A stretch of 64,000 bases of DNA from an uncultured Acidimicrobiales bacterium (GCA_938021675.1 CALIFY010000017.1:36947-100946), one strand, 5' to 3'. Positions 51,034-59,534 are shown, counted from the stretch's first letter. Notes: a model not told the origin generated them from the letters alone. Numbers and translations are program-made.

Positions 51034-52860
51034 TCATTGGAAGCTGTCGCCGACCTCCGGCGCCTTCGGCAGTTCGTCGGCAGTGCCGCCGAGAAGTGTC
51101 TCTCCGGAAAGCTCGTCGCCAACCCAGTCAGGATCTAGGCTGCGGCAGCGAAGCACTGGCGGCGGAGTCGACCGCCCGGCGGTGACCTCCCACAACAATG
51201 CCGGCCGATGACCGTGCCAGCGGATGGCATACGACAAGCGATGGTCGGCGACGGGAGCACCGTGCACCTCGACCGTTCCGCCCCGCCACGCGGTAGGAAA
51301 TCCGGCCAGTAGCTCAACGTGCACGCCGCCCCCAACAACCGCACTCTCGGTTTCCTCAAGCAACATCCGGCGTGCTAGTAGCCAAAATCGTGCGGCCATA
51401 CCCGCATCATCAGCGCCGCCCCGTTGCCCGGTAGCTGGGTTGTCGGCGCTCTGCCACCGACCGGCGGGAGCGGCCGCCTGAGCGCACGCGGTGAGCTCGT
51501 CGAGGGTTGGCGGCGAGGATTTCGGGGGTGCCACAGCATCGGCCCGACCGACCAAGTCGGCTACCGCCTCCGCCTGACCGGCCTGAGCAGCTAAGGCGGC
51601 CAACGCCGAGTACGCGGTGAATCGAGAGGGACCGTGGCCCGACCGCTCGATCAGCTTGGCCAGTTGGGCCGCTGGTTCGAGCAGCGCATCGGTCAACTCC
51701 GAACTATCGACTACCGCGGCCCCCGCGGCGATTCCAGCCAGTATGTCGGCCGCACCGGACGGCGACCCGACGAGGCGGGTTGGAAAGGATTGAGCGAACG
51801 TGGCGAGCACCGGTAGACACTCGGTGGCATGGCCACCGGCGGCCAGGCCTCGCAGCACGATGCCAGCGCCCTCCGCACCAGTTACCACGCGATCGCCAAG
51901 GCCGTCGGCCTCGACTATCAACCGGGCTCGAGCGGCTCCGGCCAGGCGGTGTACCCCATCATCGGGGAACCGGTATCGACCAGCCGTGTCGACGGCCGCC
52001 GTCCACCCTCGTGAGACGGCTGCTGAATCGGGCAATGCCGCCACGTCGAAGCGGGACGAATCGACGACTACCGACGGTGAGACGACGACGAATCGGAGCG
52101 TGCTTCCATGAGGGAGCGGGAACAGACAAACCGCAGTGGCCGACGAGCCACTCACCGGTCCGTCCCACTTCAATGGCTCACCACCTCGGACGGCGGCCAG
52201 TATGTCTGTCTCCGGTGACGCGCCAGCCTCGCTGGGCGCCCGGGGCAGCATGACGGCCGGTCGACCATCGATCATCACCACCGACCCTTGAAGGTCGAGA
52301 GATCCATGGCCCTGCGAAGCGCTGGTGCCACCATCGAAACGATCCCCGCCGTGTCGGGAGCCATCGACAGTCGGTTGATACACAGTCGGTTGATACACAG
52401 TCGGTTGAGTAACGGGTAGTGGCCGTATGGCCACACCGAGCGCAACCGGCACTGGCGAATCGTTTCGGACCTCAACCACGGTCACCGTCGTCCCGCCGGC
52501 AGCTGCCGGGTACGCGGTATGAACAGCATCCCCGCTCGGGATACGAACCGTCGTCTCGACGATCGGACCATGACCGATTCGCCGTTGGCGCACCGCCGCT
52601 TCGGCCGCTGGAAGGTACCAGCGATCGTCGGCCCCGATCCACCAGTCGACCGACCACCGGGCGCCGATCGGGCCGACGGCTCCCCCGCCATCGAGCACCG
52701 TCGATGGGGCACCGCTCAGCCCGGCGATCAGCGTTGCCCCGGCATCGGCCGGACGCTCGGTCGATCGCAAGCCAAGCGCCAAGCCCCGGGCCAGGTCACC
52801 GGCCAGCGGTAGCCGCTCTGCATTCTCGCCGCCCTCGACGGCCGGGCCGTCGCTATTCAT
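51034..52860 (-). CDS. Large hypothetical protein (608 aa), translationally coupled to gpsA
   Basis: I moved the start to the ATG at 52860 (MNSDGPAVEGG), which overlaps the gpsA stop by 8 nt (ATGAATAG). GC3 is good throughout. I recognise no family. It contains an internal QPTVY tandem repeat. Confidence 0.6.
   Translation of the reverse strand: MNSDGPAVEGGENAERLPLAGDLARGLALGLRSTERPADAGATLIAGLSGAPSTVLDGGGAVGPIGARWSVDWWIGADDRWYLPAAEAAVRQRRIGHGPIVETTVRIPSGDAVHTAYPAAAGGTTVTVVEVRNDSPVPVALGVAIRPLPVTQPTVYQPTVYQPTVDGSRHGGDRFDGGTSASQGHGSLDLQGSVVMIDGRPAVMLPRAPSEAGASPETDILAAVRGGEPLKWDGPVSGSSATAVCLFPLPHGSTLRFVVVSPSVVVDSSRFDVAALPDSAAVSRGWTAAVDTAGRYRFPDDGVHRLAGAARARLIVEADGLGDRVVTGAEGAGIVLRGLAAGGHATECLPVLATFAQSFPTRLVGSPSGAADILAGIAAGAAVVDSSELTDALLEPAAQLAKLIERSGHGPSRFTAYSALAALAAQAGQAEAVADLVGRADAVAPPKSSPPTLDELTACAQAAAPAGRWQSADNPATGQRGGADDAGMAARFWLLARRMLLEETESAVVGGGVHVELLAGFPTAWRGGTVEVHGAPVADHRLSYAIRWHGHRPALLWEVTAGRSTPPPVLRCRSLDPDWVGDELSGETLLGGTADELPKAPEVGDSFQ
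52368..52408. repeat. 15-bp tandem repeat (cagtcggttgataca x2.7) inside the 608-aa ORF
   Basis: Read directly from the sequence. On the coding strand it encodes QPTVYQPTVYQPTV. Confidence 0.9.
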
Positions 52861-53845
52861 GCCCGAGACGGCCCTGCATGAGGTCCTCGGCGGCAAAGTC
52901 TGGGTTCTTCCCCTCCCAACACACGGCGTATACCTGCTCAGCGATCGGCATGAAGACATCGTGTTCCTTCGCCAATTCCTTGACGACCTTGGCCGCCTTC
53001 ACCCCCTCCGCCACTTGATCCATCCCCGACAGGATGTCTTCCATCGACATTCCCTCCCCCAGCTGACGACCAACCGATGAGTTCCGACTCTGAGGACTTA
53101 TGCAGGTGGCCATGAGGTCACCCATTCCGGCCAGCCCAGCCAAGGTGAGCGGCTCGCCACCCATTTTCGAACCGAGATCGATCAGCTCGGCCAGCCCCCG
53201 GGTAATCACCGCCGCTCTGGCGTTGTCGCCAAGTTGTTTACCTTCGACGGTGCCAGCGGCGATGGCATAGACGTTCTTAAGCGCCCCGCCAAGTTCACAG
53301 CCAACCACATCATGGTGGATGAAAACACGAAACGAGCGGGTGCTGAACACCTGCTGGAGCCGGGTCGCAATGTTCTCGTCGGTGAGGGCTACCACCGCTC
53401 CGGCCGGGTGCCCGGCCATGATTTCCTTTGCCAGGTTTGGGCCGGCCAATACCCCAACCGGCCGACCGGGCAACACCTGTTCGATGATCTGCGTCATCCG
53501 CAACCTGGTGTCCGGCTCGAACCCCTTTGCCAGGCTGACGACCGGCACCCAGGGACGAAGGTTGACGGCAATCCTCTCACAGGTGGCTCGGAATGCTCCC
53601 GTCGGCACTCCGAGAACCAACAGATCGGTGTCGGTCACCGCGGCTTCGAGGTCGTTGGTGGCGACGAGGTCGGGGTGAAGCTCGAAGTCGGGCAGATAGC
53701 GCGGATTGCGGTGGTTCTTGTTTATGGCCTCGACGGTCTCGGCGTCGCGGGCCCACAGCGTGGTCGGACTGTTGTGGGCCGCCAGGTTGGCCACCGTCGT
53801 CCCCCACGACCCGCCACCGGCAACCAGTACACGTAGATCCGACAT
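52853..53845 (-). CDS. gpsA: NAD(P)H-dependent glycerol-3-phosphate dehydrogenase
   Basis: The N-terminal Rossmann motif is VLVAGGGSWGTTVANLAA. GpsA core motifs are LAKGFE, GPNLAKEI and ALKNVYAIAAG. A GAAGGAGAGG Shine-Dalgarno lies upstream. Confidence 0.9.
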   Translation of the reverse strand: MSDLRVLVAGGGSWGTTVANLAAHNSPTTLWARDAETVEAINKNHRNPRYLPDFELHPDLVATNDLEAAVTDTDLLVLGVPTGAFRATCERIAVNLRPWVPVVSLAKGFEPDTRLRMTQIIEQVLPGRPVGVLAGPNLAKEIMAGHPAGAVVALTDENIATRLQQVFSTRSFRVFIHHDVVGCELGGALKNVYAIAAGTVEGKQLGDNARAAVITRGLAELIDLGSKMGGEPLTLAGLAGMGDLMATCISPQSRNSSVGRQLGEGMSMEDILSGMDQVAEGVKAAKVVKELAKEHDVFMPIAEQVYAVCWEGKNPDFAAEDLMQGRLGHE

Positions 53846-54188
53846 CGACCTCTCCTTCTCTTGCGTCTCTCGACCGCCGAAACCGGCCTTGAGCCCTCTG
53901 CCTCATTTACGTTAGGCCCATTCGGTCGATGGTCGATGGAGTCGAGAGCCGATTTCCTAGGAGGACCCTTCTTGCGACCACCACGCAGTCCCCGGTCGAT
54001 CTTGGCCCGCGTCTTCGCCATTCCGGTGGCGATCGGGGCCGAGATCGCCGACGCTCTTTCGCCGTTCGGTGACCAACCAACGGTTGCCGTCCGCCCTCTT
54101 CGGGTCGAACGACGACCGATCGGCCGTCGCTGAACCGGTGGTCGGCAGGGCCGGTAACGAGGTGCTGGTGTAAGCTGACCGTTCGACT

Positions 54189-54794
54189 ATGGACGGTCTC
54201 CAACCCCCAGGCAAACCGACGACGGCCGTAGTAGTTCCGGTCAAGTCATTCGACATGGCAAAGTCGCGGTTAGCTGAGTCGCTCGACGAAAAACGACGGG
54301 CCGAGTTGGCACAATCGATGGCTGCCACCGTGGTGGCGGCGGCCAAACCCTTACCTACCTTCGTGGTATGCGGCTCCCACGACATCGCGGGGTGGGCCCT
54401 GGCCCAGGGGGCCGGCGTGCTTTGGCAGCCAGCAGCCGGTCTCAACCGAGCCGTGTCGTTCGCCGCACACGCTCTCGGCCGCGACGGCTATCAACGGATG
54501 ATCGTGGCTCACGGGGATCTGCCGTTGGCCAAGACCCTGGCATGGGTGGCCGAATTCGACGGCATGACGATCGTGCCGGATCGTCGCGGCGAGGGGAGCA
54601 ACGTGTTGGCGCTTCCGCTACCGACCACGGTGGTGTTTCGTTATGGTCCCGGCTCAGCCGAACGCCACAAGGTCGAGGCGGAACGGTGCGGGTTGGCCGT
54701 CCGCATCGCACCGCATGAGGAACTGGGGTGGGATGTCGACACGCCGGACGATCTGAATGCCCTCGACGAGAGGGATCGGATGCCGGTCACATGA
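54189..54794 (+). CDS. fbiD: Phosphoenolpyruvate/2-phospho-L-lactate guanylyltransferase FbiD (CofC), F420 biosynthesis
   Basis: Motifs AVVVPVKSFDMAKSRL and VAHGDLP are present. The gene is divergent from gpsA, the same arrangement I recall for M. tuberculosis gpsA/fbiD. Confidence 0.8.
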   Translation: MDGLQPPGKPTTAVVVPVKSFDMAKSRLAESLDEKRRAELAQSMAATVVAAAKPLPTFVVCGSHDIAGWALAQGAGVLWQPAAGLNRAVSFAAHALGRDGYQRMIVAHGDLPLAKTLAWVAEFDGMTIVPDRRGEGSNVLALPLPTTVVFRYGPGSAERHKVEAERCGLAVRIAPHEELGWDVDTPDDLNALDERDRMPVT

Positions 54795-55558
54795 CGGCGG
54801 CCCAAAACCCTCTCACGCCGTCGCCGGTCTCGATTGGCGAGTTCACAACCGACTTGCCAACTCCTGTCCGGGCCTTGGCCATCGGCGCCCATCCCGACGA
54901 CGTCGACTTTGGGTGCGGGGCCACGCTGGCAAAGTGGGCGGCCGACGGCTGCGAGGTCCACGTGCTGGTCTGCACCGACGGGTCGAAAGGAACCTGGGAT
55001 CCGACCGCCGATCACGACCAGCTGGTGGCAACCCGGAAGGGCGAACAACGAGCGGCCGCCGTCGCGCTCGGAGCAACCGGCGAGGTTGGGTTTCTCGGCT
55101 GGCCCGACGGCGAACTGGCCTCCGGTATGACGGAGCGGGCTCAGGTTGCATCGTGGATCAGGCGAACGAAACCATCTGTCGTTCTCGGCCACGACCCGTG
55201 GAAACGCTACCGACTCCACCCCGACCATCGCCACGCCGGTTGGCTGGTCACCGATGGGGTAGTTGCCGCCCGTGACCCCAAGTTCTTTCCCGATCAGCCG
55301 TACCCCCACCATCGACCGGATCGTTTGCTGTTGTGGGAAGCCGACGAACCGGATCACGCCGAAGACGTGACCGGGTATGTCGAGGCCAAGTTTGCCGCCC
55401 TGCTGGCACACACCAGCCAATTCGAGTCGACGATGCACTCGGGTGACGACCCCACACTCGACCGGTTCCGGGCGAGGGTCGAGGCGAAACTGACAACAGC
55501 CGGCGACGCGGTCGGGATGGCCAACGCCGAGTTGTTCAAACTCATCGACGACCTGTGA
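54791..55558 (+). CDS. PIG-L/LmbE-family deacetylase
   Basis: I moved the start to the ATG at 54791 (MTAAQNP), which forms an ATGA overlap with the fbiD stop. Motifs AIGAHPDDVDFGCGATLAK and HPDHRHAG are present. Confidence 0.8.
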   Translation: MTAAQNPLTPSPVSIGEFTTDLPTPVRALAIGAHPDDVDFGCGATLAKWAADGCEVHVLVCTDGSKGTWDPTADHDQLVATRKGEQRAAAVALGATGEVGFLGWPDGELASGMTERAQVASWIRRTKPSVVLGHDPWKRYRLHPDHRHAGWLVTDGVVAARDPKFFPDQPYPHHRPDRLLLWEADEPDHAEDVTGYVEAKFAALLAHTSQFESTMHSGDDPTLDRFRARVEAKLTTAGDAVGMANAELFKLIDDL

Positions 55559-55766
55559 ACTCGTACAGCAACGCCGGCCCACTTCGTACTCAGCCTGCCT
55601 CGCCGGTCAACCGTGACCAGCCGCCGGCTCGGAGCTGACGTAACGCTGCTCGCCAACGGCGGTAGCAAGCAGGCCGGTGGTGCTAACCCGCCCTTAACGC
55701 CCTCATCATAAAAGATGGGAACAGTATCATCGTCAAACTAATTCAGGCCAGATTCGGAGAGCCCAG

Positions 55767-56528
55767 ATGTTTTTTCAGTCACAACACGTTCGCAAGAGTC
55801 TTATCGTCGTTGCAGCGGTATCGATGGGGCTCGCCGCATGTAGCGAGGCGGAGGACGACTCCTCGCCGGGGACCTCCGAAGCTGAGATCGCCACAACCAC
55901 CACAGCAGAACAGGGCGACCCTCCGACGGAACGAGACCCGGAGCGCGAAGAATCCACCGACCCGGACCCCGAGCGCGAAGAATCCACCGACCCGGACCCC
56001 GAGCGCGAAGAATCCACCGACCCGGACCCGGACCCGGACCCGGAGCAGGATGAATCCGCCTCAGACAACATCGGCGCGATCAGCGTGGAAGACGCGAGCT
56101 GCAACTATCTTGACGACGAGCTCGAGGCAACCGAGCGGCTCAACAACTGGAGGATCGCTCGCGACGAATTCCTTGGCATTCCCCACGAGACGACAACCGA
56201 CGAACGGCTCGAGCAACGGACCCTCGTCGAGATCGCAGGCGACTTCGGGTACACCGAAGAGACTCTGGTGCAGGCCGCTGAGGCGCTTCACACCGAATGC
56301 AACAACCGACTTGTCGAAGCAGGCGACCTCACGCAGCAGCAGGCCGACGAACGAGTGGCGAGGTCCGTCGAGAGCTTTGCCTCGCTGATGAACTCAGTTC
56401 CCGATGACGAAGGCAGGGGTGCCGGCACGCGAGGACAGGGAGACTCCGAGGAAACCGATGAGGGAGACGGCGAGCGACCCGCAGATCAAGGCGAGGGCAA
56501 CCGTGGTGATGACGAGGCCACCGACTAG
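55767..56528 (+). CDS. Acidic lipoprotein with perfect internal tandem repeats
   Basis: The lipobox is MGLAACS. A (DPEREESTDP)3 segment is followed by a (DP)n run. The C-terminal tail is Asp/Glu/Gly-rich. Confidence 0.7.
   Translation: MFFQSQHVRKSLIVVAAVSMGLAACSEAEDDSSPGTSEAEIATTTTAEQGDPPTERDPEREESTDPDPEREESTDPDPEREESTDPDPDPDPEQDESASDNIGAISVEDASCNYLDDELEATERLNNWRIARDEFLGIPHETTTDERLEQRTLVEIAGDFGYTEETLVQAAEALHTECNNRLVEAGDLTQQQADERVARSVESFASLMNSVPDDEGRGAGTRGQGDSEETDEGDGERPADQGEGNRGDDEATD
55941..56042. repeat. Three near-perfect 30-bp tandem units (the third differs only in its last base), followed by (gacccg)4
   Basis: The unit gagcgcgaagaatccaccgacccggacccc starts at 55941, 55971 and 56001. 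The hexamer run spans 56019-56042. Confidence 0.95.
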
Positions 56529-56597
56529 AAAGACACCATGAGCGGACGACCTGACGACTGACGACAGACCGGATCTCGACATCTACCATCTGCTCCT

Positions 56598-56876
56598 GTG
56601 AGTTCGATGTCACCAGAGAGTCCGCTACCCGACGGCGTGTATGACGTCCTCGTAGTAGATATCGGAGTGATCGATGCCGGAGATCATAGCGATACCGACC
56701 GATCGACGTCTGTAGAACTGGTGGTCGTCGCCGGATCGGCGAAGGGCGAAACCGTCGAAGTCCGCATGACAGTGGCACCGAACAGTGCCGATAATCCTCT
56801 CGACGCCCTCGGCCTTCCCGGCCAGTTGACCGTGACCGACGGCCACCCATCTTTTCGGTTGGACGACATCTCATGA
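56598..56876 (+). CDS. Hypothetical small protein (92 aa)
   Basis: This is a track ORF with a GTG start, and the ATG at 56607 is an alternative. GC3 is moderate and I recognise no family. Confidence 0.4.
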   Translation: MSSMSPESPLPDGVYDVLVVDIGVIDAGDHSDTDRSTSVELVVVAGSAKGETVEVRMTVAPNSADNPLDALGLPGQLTVTDGHPSFRLDDIS

Positions 56877-56913
56877 CCGTCGACTCCACTATCGATCCGA
56901 CCGACGGTCGGCG

Positions 56914-57639
56914 GTGGCCTTGAGTAGCAGCGCCGACGATCCAGTCACCGTTTTCGGTGCCGATGGATGCCGAGGCCGATGGCTGGTGGTCACCTGGACG
57001 TTTCCCGGTCGATCAGAGTCGATGGGAGCCGAGCTCGTCGACGACCTCGACGATCACGTCGATCGAGTGCGGCGAGGCCGTGCGGCAGCGCTGGCCATCG
57101 ACATGCCGATCGGCTTGCTCGATCATCAACCTCGCCGCTGTGACGTCGAGGCCAGGGCCCGACTCGGCCCTCGACGTTCGTCGGTATTCCCGTCGCCGGT
57201 ACGAGCAACCCTTGGCGTCGAGAGCTACGCCGATGCCTGCGAAGTCTCCCGTCGGGCATCGGGAAAGGCACTCTCGAAACAAGCGTTCCATCTGATTCCG
57301 CAAATATCGGCTATCGACCAGTTGATCGTCCCCAGCGATCAGGGGCAAATTGTCGAAGCCCACCCTGAGCTGGCCTTTGCCCGACTGGCCGGACAGCCGC
57401 TTGAGGAGTCGAAGCACACCATCGGCGGGCATCGTCGACGGATCGAACTACTTTGCGCCGCTGACGACTACTTCGCAGCCGCCCTCGTGGGGCTGATTGA
57501 CAACACCCGACTTCCGGCCATCGATTTGCTCGATGCCGCCGCCAACTCGGTGACCGCCCGCCACGTGGCGGGCGGCACCGAATATCGGCTCGGATCTGAC
57601 GTCGACGCCAAAGGCCTCAGCGCCAGGATAGTTTTCTAA
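56914..57639 (+). CDS. DUF429-domain protein (predicted RNase-H-like fold)
   Basis: Segments FGADGCRGRWLVV, AIDMPIGLL, RRCDVEARARLGPRRSSVFPSP and EAHPELAF match the DUF429 pattern as I recall it. Confidence 0.75.
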   Translation: MALSSSADDPVTVFGADGCRGRWLVVTWTFPGRSESMGAELVDDLDDHVDRVRRGRAAALAIDMPIGLLDHQPRRCDVEARARLGPRRSSVFPSPVRATLGVESYADACEVSRRASGKALSKQAFHLIPQISAIDQLIVPSDQGQIVEAHPELAFARLAGQPLEESKHTIGGHRRRIELLCAADDYFAAALVGLIDNTRLPAIDLLDAAANSVTARHVAGGTEYRLGSDVDAKGLSARIVF

Positions 57640-57660
57640 CTATACGGTGGAACTTTTCGC

Positions 57661-58098
57661 CTAATACGGTATGAAACCGTAGTCTGCTAGAGTCTCGGCT
57701 CCAGGCTCTGGAACAAACGCAAAGTCAAAAACATTCCGTATATGGTTCCATTTGTAGGCCACACCCACCATCATTCTGTCACAGACGTTGCCTTCTCTTA
57801 CCTGCAGGTCGTGATTCTCGGTAAAGACGTCACAATCTTTATTCTCACCGTAAGGAGGAATCCATTCTCCAACATCTATCGTATTGCCGTTGAAATCGAC
57901 AAGATTGCTAATATCCCCACAATCGTCTACACCATCTTTATAAATGAAGAACGTTCCGTCGCCGGTCCCAGCCCTGCATAATAGTAAATCTCCTTCGTCC
58001 GCACTCGCGGGCGCCAAGCTTACGGTGAGTGCAGCCGCGACTATGAACAGAACGACGCCGACCGCCTGAGAAACTGCCTTCCTGTCTACAGATTTCAT
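57661..58098 (-). CDS. Hypothetical secreted 6-Cys protein in an AT-richer islet
   Basis: I moved the start to the ATG at 58098 (MKSVDRKAVSQAVGVVLFIVAAALTVSLAPASA), with GGAG 7 nt upstream. A signal peptide is present. I recognise no family. Confidence 0.55.
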   Translation of the reverse strand: MKSVDRKAVSQAVGVVLFIVAAALTVSLAPASADEGDLLLCRAGTGDGTFFIYKDGVDDCGDISNLVDFNGNTIDVGEWIPPYGENKDCDVFTENHDLQVREGNVCDRMMVGVAYKWNHIRNVFDFAFVPEPGAETLADYGFIPY

Positions 58099-58170
58099 GG
58101 TGATCTCCAACCCTTTCGACTGGCTTGCCATTCACCGAACCACTTGCTTCGAGTGAAAACGATTCGGTTC

Positions 58171-58227
58171 CAAAGAAGACAAATACCCGTCGTTCGATTT
58201 TGTAAACATCTGGAACGTCGAACGGGT
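58171..58227 (-). terminator. Possible terminator of the bioB / BsaP-like operon
   Basis: An imperfect hairpin (acccgtcgttcga ... gtcgaacgggt, 58185-58227) is followed on the minus strand by atttgtcttctttg. It lies 14 nt downstream of the mini-ORF stop. Confidence 0.4.
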
Positions 58228-58240
58228 ATCGGTGGAGTTC

Positions 58241-58429
58241 TCAGGTCGTTGCTTCGGTGGGGAGCGATCGGTCTTGGCGGTTGCAGGTTCGACAGGCCGC
58301 TACCCACCCGGCCGGGCTGACCTGAACCCGAGCCTGTCGGCCACAACCAACGCACCAACGGGGCGGATCGAACGGCGCCCGACACCCGGCGCAACCCTGC
58401 TCACCGCACCCATCACAAAAGGTGCTCAC
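58241..58429 (-). CDS. bsaP: BsaP-like Cys-rich mini-protein (62 aa) immediately downstream of bioB
   Basis: The GTG at 58429-58427 overlaps the bioB TGA (GTGA). The sequence is VSTFCDGCGEQGCAGCRAPFDPPRWCVGCGRQARVQVSPAGWVAACRTCNRQDRSLPTEATT, with 8 Cys in CxxC-type pairs. It is the in-frame tail of track ORF 58241..58816. The position and Cys pattern match my recollection of the actinobacterial biotin synthase auxiliary protein. Confidence 0.55.
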   Translation of the reverse strand: MSTFCDGCGEQGCAGCRAPFDPPRWCVGCGRQARVQVSPAGWVAACRTCNRQDRSLPTEATT

Positions 58430-59442
58430 AGCACCCCGGAGAGGGCGCCGACCGGCATGGCGAGGTCTTCGAGCATCTGAAGATCGTCCTGAGGGTCGCG
58501 GCCGAGGGTAGTCAGGTAGTTCCCGACGATGAGGGCGTTGATCCCAGACGTCATACCGAGAGCCTGCAACTCGCCGAGAGTGATTTCCCGACCCCCGGCG
58601 TACCGGAGGATGACGGTGGGGAGAGCCAGGCGGAACATGGCGATCCACCGAATAGCCTCCAGCGGCGTTATCGGCTTGCGAATCTGAAGCGGCGTTCCCG
58701 GCCTCGGGTTGAGGAAGTTCAGCGGTACCTCGGTCGGGGCCAGCGACTGCAGCTGCGTCAACAACTCGATCCGCTGAGCGACCGTCTCCCCCATGCCGAG
58801 CAGCGCTCCACAACACAGCTCCATGCCATGCTCTTTCACCAAGGTGCAGGTCTCGTATCGCTCATCCCAGGTGTGAGTGGTCACGATGCTGGGAAAGAAC
58901 GACTCGGCCGTCTCAAGGTTGTGGTTATATCGATGGACCCCACCGGCCGCCAGACGTTCGGCCTGCTCGGCGGTCAGAATCCCCGCGCTCACCGCCACAT
59001 TGAGACCGGTCTCGCTTTCGATGATCGGGACGAGTTCAAGCAGTCGCTGCATCGTCCGCTCGTCGGGCCCTTTCAGCGCCAAGACGATGCAAAACTCGCT
59101 CGCACCGCTCGCTGCGGTCTCGCGAGCCGCGGCCACCACCTCGTCGGTATCGAGGAACGGCGTAGCCGGCATGGTCTCATCGAACTGAGATGACTGCGAA
59201 CAAAAGTGGCAGTCTTCGGGACAACCGCCGGTTTTTGCCGACAATATCCCCTCCACCTCCACCGTCGTCCCGCAACGATCAAGCCGCACCTGGTGAGCCA
59301 GGGCGGCCATGATCGGCACCTGATCATCTGGCAACGCTGAAAGGCCGGTGAGTTCTTCTGCCGTCAGATCACGTCGCTCGTCGAGGAGCGCTTGCTCGGC
59401 GAGTCGCAGAAGGTGGCGAGGAGAGACAGTCGTTTCATTCAC
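58426..59442 (-). CDS. bioB: Biotin synthase
   Basis: The radical-SAM motif is CPEDCHFCSQS. BioB core segments include YNHNLET and CCGALLGMGE. Confidence 0.95.
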   Translation of the reverse strand: MNETTVSPRHLLRLAEQALLDERRDLTAEELTGLSALPDDQVPIMAALAHQVRLDRCGTTVEVEGILSAKTGGCPEDCHFCSQSSQFDETMPATPFLDTDEVVAAARETAASGASEFCIVLALKGPDERTMQRLLELVPIIESETGLNVAVSAGILTAEQAERLAAGGVHRYNHNLETAESFFPSIVTTHTWDERYETCTLVKEHGMELCCGALLGMGETVAQRIELLTQLQSLAPTEVPLNFLNPRPGTPLQIRKPITPLEAIRWIAMFRLALPTVILRYAGGREITLGELQALGMTSGINALIVGNYLTTLGRDPQDDLQMLEDLAMPVGALSGVL

Positions 59443-59481
59443 AGTTACCCATCATGCCGTGTCAGCCCTCAAGTTTGAGTC

Positions 59482-59510
59482 GGTTATCGCTCGCACTATC
59501 GGCGATAGCC
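59482..59510. promoter_or_regulatory. Inverted repeat ggttatcgc-N11-gcgatagcc in the bioB divergent promoter region
   Basis: Read directly from the sequence. Eight of 9 arm positions are complementary. It lies 40-68 nt upstream of the bioB start. Confidence 0.3.
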
Positions 59511-59534
59511 CAAAAATCTGCCACACTACGTGCT

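Noticed and set aside
53722-54021. A basic mini-ORF (MAKTRAKIDRGLRGGRKKGPPRK...) in the 340-bp gpsA/fbiD divergent region.
   Set aside because: It runs 124 nt into the gpsA coding region in another frame and becomes Arg/Pro junk there. I therefore leave the region as a long untranslated divergent promoter.
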